From: the human T2T-CHM13v2.0 reference genome, Homo sapiens
NCBI RefSeq assembly: GCF_009914755.1
Contig: NC_060931.1
Strand: one strand, 5' to 3'
Length of the DNA: 64,000 nt
Shown here: positions 1-14,668 of the stretch, in pieces
Layout: each line of letters opens with the position of its first letter
Numbering within the stretch: position 1 is the stretch's first letter
Position numbers and translations under genes: made by a program
Notes under the pieces: generated by a model
Databases searched by the model: none
What the model was told of the DNA's origin: nothing
Seen by the model: the letters and a program-made list of their open reading frames with translations, nothing else

Positions 1-399
1 TGCTCCTTGTCTGATCAAGCCACGCTGTTCACTGGTTCCCTCTTCTGCATGTTCTTCTCTCTTGGGTTTGCAGAGTTCATTCCTGTTCATCCTTCAGAAC
101 CCAACTCAAATGCCACTTCCTTTCCCAACCTTTTTAATTAGGTAAAATCTTGCTATTACAGGCACTCAAAGCTATGTAGTTTTTATGTTCATAGCTTACA
201 AAACAGTTGCAATGGAATGTTTTGTAAGAATATTAAAGACTTGAGTTAAGATAAGCAAAGCATCAAGCCTACTTTGGATGAGGGAAGTCAACAAAAATAT
301 TACTCATTTGATGGGTTAAAAGGATATAGATGAAACTGTTTCAACAGGATGTCTGTGGGACCCAGGAAGTTTGCAGGGGCTGTGTCATCACACACACAC

Positions 400-409
400 A
401 ATGACATTA
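400..409 (+). promoter_or_regulatory. Vbeta promoter decamer (CRE-like), variant
   Basis: AATGACATTA about 60 nt upstream of the TRBV25-1 ATG; resembles the conserved AGTGAYRTCA Vbeta decamer. Confidence 0.5.
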
Positions 410-469
410 TCAAGAGCCCATCCTGCTTCCCCACTACTGGGAGACATCCTCTCTAGCCCCAACTGTGCC

Positions 470-937
470 ATGACTATCAGGCTCCTCTGCTACATGGGCT
501 TTTATTTTCTGGGGGCAGGTAAGTCATAGACACAGTTCATTCCAAAATCTAGAAGGAATAATTCCTCTTTGTTGGGTTTGTGCCTGGCTCAGCATCAAAG
601 TCCATCGTGAACTCTGTTACCAATTTTTGTCTCTTCCCATAGGCCTCATGGAAGCTGACATCTACCAGACCCCAAGATACCTTGTTATAGGGACAGGAAA
701 GAAGATCACTCTGGAATGTTCTCAAACCATGGGCCATGACAAAATGTACTGGTATCAACAAGATCCAGGAATGGAACTACACCTCATCCACTATTCCTAT
801 GGAGTTAATTCCACAGAGAAGGGAGATCTTTCCTCTGAGTCAACAGTCTCCAGAATAAGGACGGAGCATTTTCCCCTGACCCTGGAGTCTGCCAGGCCCT
901 CACATACCTCTCAGTACCTCTGTGCCAGCAGTGAATA
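470..937 (+). CDS. TRBV25-1: T-cell receptor beta variable 25-1 (leader exon 470-518, V exon 643-937)
   Basis: Leader MTIRLLCYMGFYFLGAG, GT..AG intron 519-642, V exon EADIYQTPRYLVIGTGKKITLECSQTMGHDKMYWYQQDPG...YLCASSE; open frame with both Cys and the Trp. Confidence 0.96.
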
Positions 938-976
938 CACAGTGCTACATGGATACCGACACTCCGCACAGAAAGG
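938..976 (+). other. 23-RSS of TRBV25-1
   Basis: CACAGTG + 23 nt + ACAGAAAGG. Confidence 0.93.
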
Positions 977-2406
977 GTCGCCTCTAATGTGAGGACATCT
1001 TGCCTCCAGAAACCTCATCTTAAACTACAGAAACCCCTACAAATCTTCCCAGACTCCTCAGCCTTGAGGGACCAGTGTGCTTTAAGTAACAGTCTGGACT
1101 AAAGACTATCTCTGGCTCAGTCTCTAAGAAGCTGAGAAATGACCCAGCCCCACAGTCATCCTAGCTGACTTTTTCCTTGCATCTAGTTGTTGTTGTTCAA
1201 TTGAGCTTGCACAAATTTTATCCTTCAAGATAAATGCGATAATATTTGACAGTTACCTTATGGCTAGCTGAAGAAAGTCTTTGTCAGCTAAGAAACAGGA
1301 AAAGGATCCTTTGACTTTCTACACAGGCTGTCTTTATCTCTGGTTCATGGTTTCTTCCTCATGTTAAACTTGTTCCTTCATACACAGCCACACAAAGTCC
1401 CTGCCCTTTCCTGACCCCAGTCCTGCACCTGACGGCTTCAGTTCCTCAATCTATGACTTTGAACTTAGAATAAAATTTTATTTTCACTTGAAATAAGTGA
1501 TTAATGATTATTTTCACTAATATCCCTCTAAATAAATGTAATTTTAGCTATATCTGCATGAGGCCTAAGGAAAAGAAAAGGCTCCAACTTTGGCAAAGAA
1601 TAGTCTTTAACAATGTCCCTGGATTCAGCCCTAAATCTCTTTGGAGACTACCCTTAGCATTGGAAGACTATCCCACGGCTAGGTGATTCTTCTGTCTTGG
1701 ATATGCTGAATCTCAGGGAAGTGTTCTCTATCCACATGAGATCAGACCTGGGACCCTGAATAGATTTATTTTTCACAGAAGTATAGACTGCTGTGGAGCC
1801 CTGGGTGCTGAGCTCAGATGTGAAATCTCTGTTTTGAGGTTACCAAAAAGTAAAGTCACAGAGTCTCTGTCCTGGTTTTGCCTCCTTAAAAAGTAGCTTT
1901 AATATGTTAGAAAAGAATCTAGAAAACATCATACATATTTTATTATAAAAGTCATTTCTTGTTCATTCTTCTTTTCTGTTTGTTTTCTACGATACTAGCC
2001 ATTCCTCACTCTTCTTTGTAGGCTCTTTCTATTCTCATTTTCCTTATTTTGACCTTATTTCTGGACTTTTTGTTCTTTTCCTCTTAACCTATACATACAT
2101 CTTAGACAATATCATCCAATCTATTTCTTGAAGCATATGTCTCATTAGTTTCAAACTTATTCTCTAGCTGCCTACTAGATATTTCCACCTCTATATTTCA
2201 TAGGCTCCTCAACTCAGCTTGTCCCCAACAGAGTTCATCATCCTCCCAATAGCATATCCTCTTTTGGAGACACCATCATCTTGGGAGGCTCATCTCCAAT
2301 GGTCAGGTGTCCTTAGCAAACACCTAGAAGATTAACAACCCTCCTTACTGAACTCTTAGCCTCGTGCCTTACCCTTCTGGCCTTCTTGCAAAAGTGATAT
2401 GCATCA

Positions 2407-2743
2407 GAGAGTTGGCCCTCTGTATTCATGAGTTCCACATCCCTGGATTCAACCAACCACAGATCAAAAATATTTTTTTCAAAAATCGTGTCTATACTGA
2501 ACACATACAGACTTTTTTCGTTGTCACTATTCTAAACAATACAGTATAACAACTATTTACATAACATTGCATTGTATTTGGTACTATGAATTATTTACAG
2601 ATGACTTAAAGTATATGGGAGTATATGCATAGATTATATGTAAATACTAAACCATTTTTTATCAGGGACTTGGGCATTTGTAGATTTTGTTATCCTTGGG
2701 AGGTCTTGGAACCAATTCACCAAGACACTGAGGGATAACTGTA
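2407..2743. mobile_element. MER2-like TcMar-Tigger DNA transposon
   Basis: Degenerate terminal inverted repeats (gagttggccctctgtattc ... acactgagggataactgta) and MER2-type ggattcaaccaac body. Confidence 0.7.
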
Positions 2744-3084
2744 GACAAATATGATCATGCTACTGGATCCCTTCACCATTTCTCCATGCTTCTCCCTCAT
2801 ATTCAAGATAAAATTTAAATTTCTTCACCTGGCTTAATGGTATTTTGTGATCTGGACTCCAGAAATTAGCTTATCTTGAACACCTTATCCTAGCTATTTT
2901 TCATCCTGGCAATCCTGAACTTCTGACCATTTTCTATAGTCCATGTTCTCTTACCCATCTGAGACCCTGTACCCACTGTCCCTCTATCTCTGAAGTCTGC
3001 ACTTCTTGTCTACAGGGCTGACTCCTACTCCAGCATCTCATTAATCACTATGCTAACACAAGAAGTCTTCATCTGCTTCAGTTC

Positions 3085-3925
3085 TCAAAAGAAGTGAAAA
3101 GCAGACACTTCTCAAAAGAAGACATTTATGCAGCCAACAGACACATGAAAAAATGCTCATCATCACTGGTCATCAGAGAAATGCAAATCAAAACCACAAT
3201 GAGATATCATCTCACACCAGTTAGAATGGCAATCATTAAAAAGTCAGGAAACAACAGATGCTGGAGAGGATGTGGAGAAATAGGAACAATTTTACATTGT
3301 TGGTGGGAATGTAAACTAGTTCAACAATTGTGGAAGACAGTGTGGCGATTCCTTAAGGATCTAGAACTGGAAATACCATTTGAACCAGTGATCCCATTAC
3401 TGGGTATATACCCAAAGGATAACAAATCATGCTACTATAAAGACACATGCACACGTATGTTTATTGCAGCACTATTTACAATAGCAAAGACTTGGAACCA
3501 ACCCAAATGTCCATCAATAATAGACTGGATTAAGAAAATGTGGCACATATACACCATGGAATACTATGCAGCAATTAAAAAGGATGAGTTCATGTCCTTT
3601 GTAGGGACATGGATGTAGCTGGAAACCATCATTCTGAGCAAACTATCACAAGGACAGAAAACCAAACACCGTATGTTCTCACTCATAGGTGGGAACTGAA
3701 CAATAAGAACACTTGGACACAGGGCGGGGAACATCACACACTGGGGCCTGTCGTGGGGTGGGGGGAGTGGGGAGGGATAGCATTAAGAGAAATACCTAAT
3801 GTAAATGATGAGTTAATGGGTGCAGCAAACCAACATGGCACATGTATACATATGTAATAAACTTGCATGTTGTGCATATGTACCCTAGAACTTAAAGTAT
3901 AATAATAAAATAAAAATAAATAAAT
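3085..3925 (+). mobile_element. L1PA 3' end (ORF2 C-terminus, 3'UTR, A-rich tail)
   Basis: ORF 3094-3618 is the L1 ORF2 C-terminus ([21 protein letters not shown]); G-rich 3'UTR; ends taaagtataataataaaa. Confidence 0.93.
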
Positions 3926-4546
3926 ATTTGTGAAGTTATAAACTTTTATTTGCAAGGTATCTAGAAGTGGAATTACTGAGTCATAGGGTAAGGGTATAAT
4001 AAATTAAAAACAAAAACAAAACTTGTAAAATGTTTTCAGAATTGGCTATTTCATTTTACATTTCTGTCATCAATGTGTGAGGTTCCAGTTTTTTCACATC
4101 CTCTCCAACTCTTGGTCTTTTTTAATAATCATGATTCTGGAAAATGTGTAGTGTCATCTCACTGTGGTTTTTAAATTTTGTTTCTCTAATAACTAATGAT
4201 ATTGAGCATCTTTTTGTTTGCTTATTGGTTATTCCTATATGACCTCTGATGACGTACCTATTCAAATCCTTTACTCATTTTAATTGGATGGTTTGTCTTT
4301 TTATTTACTGAGTTTTAACTGTCCCTTATCAGACGTATGACTTTCAAAACTTTTTTTCCTGCTCTGTGATTTGTCTTCTCATTTTCTTAACAGGTGACTT
4401 TGAAGATAAACCATTTTTTATTTTGATGAGGTCCAATTTTTCAATTTATCTTTTATGAATTATGCTTTTCCTGTTACTTCTAAGAAATAACTAAGCCAAA
4501 GTCATAATTTTTTTTCTGTCTTCTTCTAGAAGTTTCATAGTCTTTT

Positions 4547-4852
<306 letters not shown>

Positions 4853-6896
4853 TCATAGTTTTTGCTCTTATATTTGGTGTACACCATGTTCTGAGTTAAT
4901 TTTGGGGTATGGTGTGAGGTAATGATCCAAGATCCTTATTAATAGTATTAGTATTTTTGCATAGTGTAATTTCTGTACTATCTGTTGAAAATATTATTTC
5001 ATCATTAAACTGACTTTACACCATATTCAAAAATGAGTTAACCATAGTGGATGGGTTTATTTCTGATCTTTGTTGATCTTATGTTAATACCACACTCTGT
5101 TGATTATTACAGCTTTATCGTATGTTTTTAAATTGGCTAGTGTAAGTCTTTTAACTGTGTTTTTCTTTTTCAAAATTGCCTTGACTATTCAAGTCCTGTG
5201 TATCACCATATAGGTTTAGGATCAGCTAGTCAATCTCTACAAAAGGTACTACTAGAATTTTGAGAAGGATTGCTGTGTACTTATTGATAAATTTGGAGAT
5301 AATTTCTATCTTAACAATACTGAGTCTTCCATGATCACGGAATGCTTTTTCCATTCCTCTAGATCTTTTAAAATTTATCTCAACACTTCATATTTTTTCC
5401 ATGTATAGATCTTACATTTCTGTTGTTTAATATATTGCAAAGTGCTATTTTCTATAATGTAAGTATAAAACTATTTTTCTTAATTTCAGTTTTGGATTAT
5501 TACTAGTATTAGAACACATATGATTTTTGCTATACATACTGTATCCTGAAATCTTGCTAAATGGATTTGTTCTAGAAGTTTCTTTGTAGATTTCATAGGA
5601 GTTATTTTTTTTTTTTACATACAGGATCATGTAGTCTGAGACTAAAAAGAATTTTACTTTTTCCTTTCCAACCTGGATACCTTTTATTGCAATTTCTTAT
5701 CTGACTGTACTGTCTGACATCTCCAGTGCAATGTTGAATAAAAGTAGTGAAAACAGACATTGTTACTTTGCTACCAATATTATAGGCAAAGCATTCAATC
5801 TCTTCAAGCTTTCATGTTTAAGGTGAGTGTTTATTTCTTTCATGCTGTTAGTCAGGATGAGAGAGTTCAATCTGTTCATAATTTGTTGAGATTTTATTAT
5901 GATTGGGTACAGGTTATTTTGTCAAATTTATTTTATTGCACACATTGAGATAATAATCTGATATGTTTTTATTCTATTAATATGGTATATTACATTAGTT
6001 GATTTTGGATGTCAAGGCAATCTTGCATTGGTGGGATAAATCCCACTTGGTCATAGTATATAATCTTTTCATATATGGCTAAATGAGGTTTGCTAATATT
6101 TTATGGAGACCATAGACATACTAGTTTGTAGTTTTTTTGTGATTTCTTTTTATTTAGAATCAAAGTAATTCTGACCTGTTAGGCTGAATTAGGAAATTGT
6201 GGACTGAACTTGGATGAATTTAGGAATAATCTCTTATTCTTTATTTTGTGGAAGTTTTTTCTTGTAGGAGTGGTATTATTTAAATATTTGATGGAATTTA
6301 CCAGTAAAGTCAGCTAGTCCTGAGCTTTTCTCTGTGACATGGAGTGACAAACTATTGCTCACATGTTAAAGTCAAGCTATGGCCTATATTTGTATTACTC
6401 ATAAACTAAGAATAAATTTTATACTTTTAAAGTGTTAGAAGACGGAAGAGGAGGAATAGGAGAAAAAGAACTGACAGAGGTTGCATATGGCCCAAAATAT
6501 TTACTATCTAGCTCCTTACTGAAAAATTTTGCTGACCTCTGCTCTATATGGTGTTATTTACTAAAATACTTCTTTACTTGTAATATGTCTATCCAGACAT
6601 GTGGCTTTTTTTCTCGAGTTACTCTTATGTCTTTCTAGGAATATGTCTGCTTCACCCAAGTTGTCAAATTCATTGACATAGTGTTGTTCATAACATTTCC
6701 ATATATTTCTATAGGGTTAGTAATTGTATTCTTCATTTTCACTCCTGACTTTGCAATTTCTATTTTCTTGCTTTTTATCTTGTTCAGTCTGACTAAAGTG
6801 TTATCAATTTTATAGCATTTCAAGTAAACAGTTGTAGTTCCATTGATTTTCTCTATTATTTTTCTATTATCTATTGAATTGATTTTTAATTTGATC

Positions 6897-7209
6897 TTTT
6901 TTTTTTTTTTTTTTTTTTTTGAGATGGAGTCTTACTCTTTCGCCCAAGCTGGAGTGCAGTGGTGCTATCTCGGCACACTGCAAGCTCCGTCTCCCAGGTT
7001 CACGCCATTCTCTTGCCTCAGCCTCCTGAGTAGCTGGGACTACAGCCACCCGCCACCACGCCCAGCTAATTTTTTGTATTTTTTCTTTTTTAGTAGAGAC
7101 GGGGTTTCACCGTGTTAGCCAGGATGGTCTCTATCTCCTGACCTCATGATCCGCCTGCCTCAGCCTCCCAAAGTGCTGGGATTACAGGCACAAGCCACTG
7201 CGCCCGGCC
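6897..7209 (-). mobile_element. AluY-like element
   Basis: Poly(T) then antisense Alu; TSD taatttgatcttt. Confidence 0.93.
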
Positions 7210-7899
7210 TAATTTGATCTTTGTTATTTCTTCCTTATGTTTACTTTTGGTTGACTTTTCTCTTATTTTTCCAGTGTCTTCAGGTAGAAGTTTAGATTAT
7301 GATGGAAACTTTTGTAGTTGTTTTCCTAATGCAGTTATTTAAAGTTATACATTTCCCTCTAATCATGGCTGCATTCCATGTACATTGATATATTTTTAGT
7401 TTTTTAGTTAAAAGCATAATTTTTCTAGAAATTCCTTTTGAAGCCCATGAGTTATTTAGGAGTGTGATGTTTAATTTCCAAATATTTGTGATTTTTCCAG
7501 CTTCTTTCTGTTGTTTATTTCTAATTAAATCCCTCTGTGATGAGAGAATATACTTTGAATTATTTTAATCCTCCTATCTGTATGTTATTATATAACATAT
7601 AATCTATATGGGGAAATACTCTATGAGCACTTGAAAAAGTGTACATTCTGCTGTTGCTGAATAGTGTGTTCTAAAATCATCAATTAAGTCAAATAGTTTA
7701 GTAGTGTTTTTCAGGTCTTTTTACCCTTATTTACTTTCTGTCTAGTTGGTGTGGTCAATTTTTCAGACTGGAGGATTTAAGTCACCAACTATAATTTTGG
7801 TATGTTTATTTTTGTTTCATTTCTGTCATTTTTACTTTATGTACTTTGGGACTCTGTTGTTAGGCCCCAGGAGTTACTCCACAATGCTGTACGGGCAAA

Positions 7900-10800
7900 T
7901 GCTTTCTATACTAAAAGTAACTAAACTTAGAGATTTGTGAGTACCATCAAGCATACCCATATATGTAAAATTGGAGTCTTAGAAAGAGAGAAGTGAGAAA
8001 AAGACAAAGAAAAAATAATGGCCACAAACTTCTCAAATTTGTTGAAAAACATTAATCAAAAGAATCTAGAAGCTTAACATCTCTCAAACACAGTAAACAC
8101 AAAGATATCTATGTCTAGATACATTATAGTTAAACTTCAGAAAGCCAAAATCCACAAATAATGTATTGAAATCAATATATTTTTTCAACAAGAGAAAAAT
8201 GACTCATCATTTGAAAGAGAAGAGCAATACAATTAATCTGACTTTAAATCAGAAGTCATTGTTTCTGACTTTAAATCAGAAACAATGGAGATCAGAAGAT
8301 AATGGAGAGGCACTGAAAGAAAAAAATTCCACCAAAAATTCTATATCCAGCAAAACTATCCTCTGTAAATGAAAATGAAATAAAGACATTCCCAGATAAA
8401 CAAAGGCTACAGAATTGTGTGGTTAGCAGACCTGTCTTACAAGAAATATTAAAGGAAGTCATCCAGCTGAGAGAAAATGACATTGTTAGCAACTAAAATC
8501 CATAGTAAGAAATTAAAAGCACCTTAAAGGATAAATATATGTGTGAATAAATATAAAAAATACATATGCACAAACACACATAGAAGGAATATATATTTTG
8601 TATATTTTTTATATCATTTGATATACATATATAGGTTGAAACTTTAATCATTATGAAGTGTTTTTCTGTAATAATATTTTTTGCTTTAAAATTTATTTCT
8701 CTGATATTAATATAGCCACTCAAGCTTTTATGGTTACTAATATGACATATGCTTTTCCATACTTTACTTTCAATATATTTGTGTCTTTAAAACTAAAGTG
8801 ATTTCCCATAGTCAGAAAATAGTTGGATTTTGGTCTTTCTATTTTACAACATAAAATCAACTCAAAATAAATTAAAGACATAAGCATAAGACCTGAAATT
8901 TTTAAAATACTATTAGAAAACATAGGGGAAAAGCTTCTTAATACTGGTCTTGGTAAACAATTTTTAGATATTACTGCAAAAGCATAGGCAACAAAAACCA
9001 AATTAGACAAGTGGGATTACATCAAACTAAAAAGTTTCTGCACAGGAAAGGAAAGGAAAGGAAAGGAAATAATCAACAGAATAAAAAGGCAAGCTACAAA
9101 ATGGGAGAAAATATTTGCAAACCACATGTCTGAAAAAGGATTAATATCCAAAATATATAAGAAATTCACACTCATTAGCAAGAAAACAACCCAATTAACA
9201 TATGGCCAAATGACCTGAATAGACATTTCTCAAGAGAAAGCATACAAATGAATAAATGTTTATCATTGCTAATTATCAGAGAAATATAAATTAAAGCCAC
9301 AATGAGATATCACTTCACAACTGATACACTGGCTAACACTACAAAGACAAAAGATAACAAGCAGTGATAAGGATGTGCAGAAAAGGGAATCATGTACATT
9401 GTTGGCAGAAATGTGTGATGGTTAATATTGAGTGTCAACTTGGTTGGATTAAGGATGCAAAGTATTGTTCCTGGGTGTGTCTGTGATGGTGTTGCCAAAG
9501 GAGATTAACATTTGAATCAGTGGACTGGGAAAGGCAGACCACCCTCAATATGGGTGGGTACAATCTAATCAGCTGCCAGCATGGCTAGAATAAAAGCAGA
9601 CAGAAGAATGTGGAAGGACTAGACTGTCTAAATCTTCTGGCTTTCATCTTTCTCCCATGCTGGATGCTTCCTGCTCTCAAACATCGGATTCCAAGTTCTT
9701 CAGTTTTTAGACTCTTGGACTTAAACTAGTGATTTGCCAGGGGCTCTTGGGCCTTCGGCCACAGACTGAAGACTACACTCTCAACTTCCCTACTTTTGAT
9801 GTTTTGGGACTCAGACTGGCTTCCTGGCTCCTCGGATGGCAGAAGACCTATTATGGGACTTTACCTCGTGTTTGTATGAGTAAATACCCTTTAATAAACT
9901 CCTCTTCATCTATCCTATTAGTTCTGCCCCTTTAGAGAACCCTGACCTAATACAGAATGTAAATTAGTACAGCCATTTTGACAAACAGTATGGAGGTTCC
10001 TCAGAAAATTAAAAATAGAACTATCATATAATCTAGCAATTCCAGTTCTAGATATAAATCCAAAGGATATGAAATCTGTATGTTGAATAAATGTATGTAC
10101 TCTTATGTTCCTTGAAGCATTATTCACATAGCCAAAATACAGAATTAACCTAGGTTTCCACCAAGGGATGACTAGATGAAGAATATATGATATAAATTCT
10201 GTATATGTATATATAAATATATATATTATTTATACGTATATGTGTATACATACACACATACACACACACACACAATGGAATAATACTCAACCCTACAGAA
10301 AAAGGAAATCATATAATTTGCAACAACATGTTTGGACCTGGAGACATTATGCTAAGTGAAATAATTCAGGCACAGAAAGACAAATAATGCATGGTCTCAC
10401 TTATTCATGGAATCCAACAAAGTCAAACCCACAGAAGCAGAGAGTAGAAGGGTAATTGCCAAGCACTGGGATGGGGTTTCAGGAAGGGAGGCATAGGAAA
10501 TAGGGAAATGTTGGTCAAAAGGTACATGTTTTAATCAGACAGAAAGAAGTTCTAGAGACCTAATATGCAGCATGATTACTATAGTTAATAATATATGTAC
10601 TCTTGAAAATTGCTAAGAATGTAGATTTTAAATGTTCCTACCAAAAAAAAGTCAAAACAAAATAAGTATGTGAGATTATGCATATGTTAGCTTGATTTAA
10701 TTATTCCACAATGTATACATATATTAAAATGTCACAATATCACATTGTATACAATAAATATATATAATTTCTATTTGTCAATTTTAAATAAATAATAAAG
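7900..10800 (+). mobile_element. Old L1M fragments (ORF1 piece, inverted ORF2 piece about 8630-8845, L1MA-type 3' end)
   Basis: ctatatccagcaaaactatcc (ORF1), gggattacatcaaactaaaaagtttctgcac (ORF2), L1MA-like 3'UTR ending near 10800. Confidence 0.7.
9414..9954 (+). mobile_element. MLT2A-type ERVL solo LTR
   Basis: tgtgatggttaatattgagtgtcaacttg ... ccctgacctaataca; 5-bp TSD aaatg/gaatg within L1. Confidence 0.88.
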
Positions 10801-11097
10801 AAATGAGATAGCTTTCAACTAAGCTTATATAGCAGTATAATATAAAAATTTTTGTAGTAACAAAATTATAGTAATTTTGGCTTATATTGAAATGTGCATT
10901 AAACAAGTGTTTGCATAAAATATAATTCAAATTACTATTCATAGCCCACAGCCATGAAAACATGTGTGCCTTACTCTTGGTACAGAAACAAATAGCTTTT
11001 ACTCCTAAGGAAAAAAGAAAATTCCTGCCTTTTGATGAGAATTGTTTGAGTTTTATACTTATTTTATGGGGAACTTTGCTGACCTCTTCATTCCACC

Positions 11098-11590
11098 ATA
11101 GCTGGTTATTCCTCCCTTGCATGTACTTTTGTTTCCTGGGGGCAGTGAGTCTTGGAAACATTTGGGAAATTCTTATTCTGAGCTTGCCTGCCCACAGCCC
11201 AGGTTCCTTCCTGGAGTCTGCAGCATCAGGCTCTCTCCTCGGCTCTCTTTCTGTCTTCTGTCCCCTCAGCTCATAAACCCCAGCTCGTAGAAGCTGAAGC
11301 CACCTAGACTCTAAGACACCTGATTGCAGAGACAGGAAAGGAGTTCTCAAGATAAGTGCCAAGATTTCATACTGGTTTTCACAAGAATCAGGGTTGGAAT
11401 TAGAGCCGACTCATTATTCAGTTAACATTGACATTGTTGATTAGAGACATATCCCTATTGAAAATATTTCCTGGCAAAAAATAGAAGTTCTCTTTGGCTC
11501 TGAAATCTGCAACTCCCTTTCAGGTGTCCCTGTGTCCTTGTACCGTCACTCCACAGCACTGCACAGGCATGTGCTCACCTCACAAAATGG
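11098..11590 (+). pseudogene. TRBVA: TRBVA relic V pseudogene with 23-RSS
   Basis: Degenerate leader (ATA in place of ATG, ...ttcctgggggcagtgagt); V exon gaagctgaagccacctagactctaagacacctg with stops and frameshifts; RSS CACAGCA(11552)-23-ACAAAATGG; lies between TRBV25-1 and TRBV26. Confidence 0.85.
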
Positions 11591-13057
11591 CAGTCTCAAA
11601 GGGAGGAGTGCCCACCCACAAGAGGCTCCACCCTATTCTGAGAAAGAACTTCTTTCAGAGGAGGAGAGAATAGAACTTTCCAGAACCTTTTACATGAGAT
11701 TTTTTTTTTTGGGTAGGAAGTCTGACCTGAGCAGCAACCTTGCATCAGACTTCAAAAGGCAATATTTCCTATACCTCCTTGTGCTCTACTAGTGAGTACA
11801 GAAGTCGAGAAAATGTTCCTAAGTCTATGGCCAGTTCAAATAGTCTCATTTTCTATTTCTGAGATTAAATTATATGTATTAAGATCCTTACTCTGCCCTT
11901 TCAGGTTTATTGCTCCTCAGACAAGATATCCCCTCTTCAGGTCCCAAACACATTCATTGCAATGCCTTTCCTCATCCTTGTCCCAGTCCTGGCTCTCTAG
12001 CTTCTTGAGACAATAACCCACCCTAAGGTATGTTGTGACATGCATCTTCTGTGTCACTGGGATCCCTAAGTGGTACAAGCATTCACTCAATTGCTTTAGC
12101 TAGAGTCCCCAGAATATCTTCACCTCTTCTGTCACATTCTTCTTCCACATTGGTCCATAAACACATCTTTAACATTTCTGTTTATTAAAACCTCTCAAAT
12201 TCAACCACTATTTTCTATCCCAACGAATACTGCCTTAGCTCAGGCAACCACTGTCTTCGATCTGAATTACTTCTTTGACCTGAATTACTTCAACTCCTAC
12301 CAAATATCCACCTACCTGATGTCTTACTCTCTTTTCTAACTCAGTTCATTCTCTGCAGCTGAAAACACTTCCTTTCCATTGACTTTAGGGTTATGACCAG
12401 TCTTCTTTATATCTAAATGTTAGCCTATAAGTTTTTTCGTAAAAAAAAAAACAAACTTCCAAACTACAAATTCTTAAAACCCTCCATGATTTGGCCCTTG
12501 CATACCTATCCAGTCTTGTGAAATTCACCTACTCTTTACCCACTTTTTGCATACTTATGCTCTAATAATATTCATAATCCCTCAGCTCTCCCAAAGCTCC
12601 ATATGTACTTTCTCACTCACTCCTGAGCCTTTACACATGCTGTTCACACTAGCTAGAATAATCTTTCTCTCCCTATTTATCTGTACTCCTAATCCTTCAT
12701 GTTTAAATGGCATAATCATCATGGCTGAGTCTCTGACTATGCGTGGTAAATACCCCATGGTACCCAGAGCTTCTACAATCATAGAGTATCACACATTTCA
12801 TTGTTTAACTTATTATGATAGTTTTTAAAATTATTAATACAAAATATGCTCAATGAGGCCAAGGACCATGTCCAAGGTTTTAATTTTTGTATCTTCAACA
12901 GTATTACAGGCTTTGAATAAAGTAGGTGCTCTTTAAATATTTATTGAACAAACCAGGGTTTTATCAGTTCTTGCTTCCCTAGCTAAGATATGATCTCAGT
13001 CATCTAAACATTTCTCTCTCAGAAGTATTGCTGCAGTTATTTAGAGATTTTCACATT

Positions 13058-13792
13058 GTGGTAGACTGAATAATAATCTCCCAAAATATTCAGATCTGAA
13101 TCCTTGAAAATCTTGAATATGTTCTCTCACATTGCTGAAAGGATTTTGCAGATGTGATTAAGTTAAGGATCTTGAAATGGGGAGGTTTTCCTTGATTAGC
13201 TGAGTGGGCTCAATATCATCACATACTTTCCTAAAATATCTTACCTAAAACCACCTCTGTGAAGCCCTCTTTCTTTTCCCAGACAGATATGGAGGTTTCT
13301 TTCTTTATGTGTTTATAATAAATTAAACAAACTTCAACTTCTATCACTATGTTATGATATTTATGGTCATGTCTGACTCTTCCTAGACTAGTATGGTTTT
13401 TGAGGGATTGGACTATATATTCGCTTACCTTTGTAAATCCAGTATGTAGGACTTGGTACAATATATTGGATACAGAATTATAAGCCCGATGGGAGCAGAC
13501 ACCTTTATTTGTTGTTCATGCTTATATCCCAGAATCTAGTACTATGTCTGGTGCATGTAGTAAGAGTGAGGCAAGAGGATGCAAGTCAGAAAAAGGCTAT
13601 GTGACAATGGAAGTAGAGATCGGAATGACAGACACACTTTGAAGATGGAGGAAGGGCCCTGAGCCCAGTAGTGCAGATGGCACCTAGAAGCTGGAAAAGG
13701 CAAAGAAATGGATTCTCCCATAAAGCCTACAAAAGGAACACCACCTGCCAACACCTTGATTTTTAGCCCCATAAGACTCATTTCAGACATTT
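13058..13792 (+). mobile_element. MLT1D-like MaLR LTR split by a ~330-bp insert
   Basis: tgtggtagactgaaataat...ttttgcagatgtgattaagttaaggatcttga to 13223; resumes about 13560 with tttgaagatggaggaagggcc...ctagaagctggaaaaggcaaag. Confidence 0.75.
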
Positions 13793-14336
13793 ATCCTGAA
13801 CAGGACAGAAGCAAAAAAATGGAATCGATCAACATAAAAGCAGAAGTGAATAAGGTAGAAAATGTTTTAATGATAGAACTAAGAAATAAGCAAATGAGAT
13901 AATTGTTTGCCAGCCAAAAGACAGAGAGGACAAATACACTAAAACAGAAGTGACAAAGGGAAGTATCATGATAAAATCTATTTTTAAAAACAATATTTTG
14001 TATAATTCTCTGCAAACAACCTAAAAGCCTAAATGAAATGGCTCACATTATAAATTTAGCAAAACTGACCCTAATGTGGAAAAAAGCCTAAACAAAACAA
14101 TGACTACAAAAGAAATAAATGAATTTGTAATAGAATTTCCTCACAGAAAAGTGCCAGTCCCATATAGTTTCTTACAGGGATTTTTCCACACCTTTTAAAA
14201 TCAGGGACTTTGAGAATACCTAAAACATTGCAAAGTATAGAACAGTAGGGGAAATTTCTAAATTATTTTCATGACATGAGCTAAATATTAAGGTGCAACA
14301 AAACTGCACCTTAAAAAAAAAATCAATCTATAGACT

Positions 14337-14668
<332 letters not shown>

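Noticed and set aside
3094-3618. 174-aa ORF
   Set aside because: It is the L1 ORF2 C-terminus of a truncated element, not a host gene
10784-11362. 192-aa minus-strand ORF overlapping TRBVA
   Set aside because: Non-ATG start, no recognisable domain, antisense to a relic and AT-rich flank; likely chance
14288-14314. 10-bp hairpin ttaaggtgca...tgcaccttaa
   Set aside because: Short, within a decayed L1 and compatible with chance
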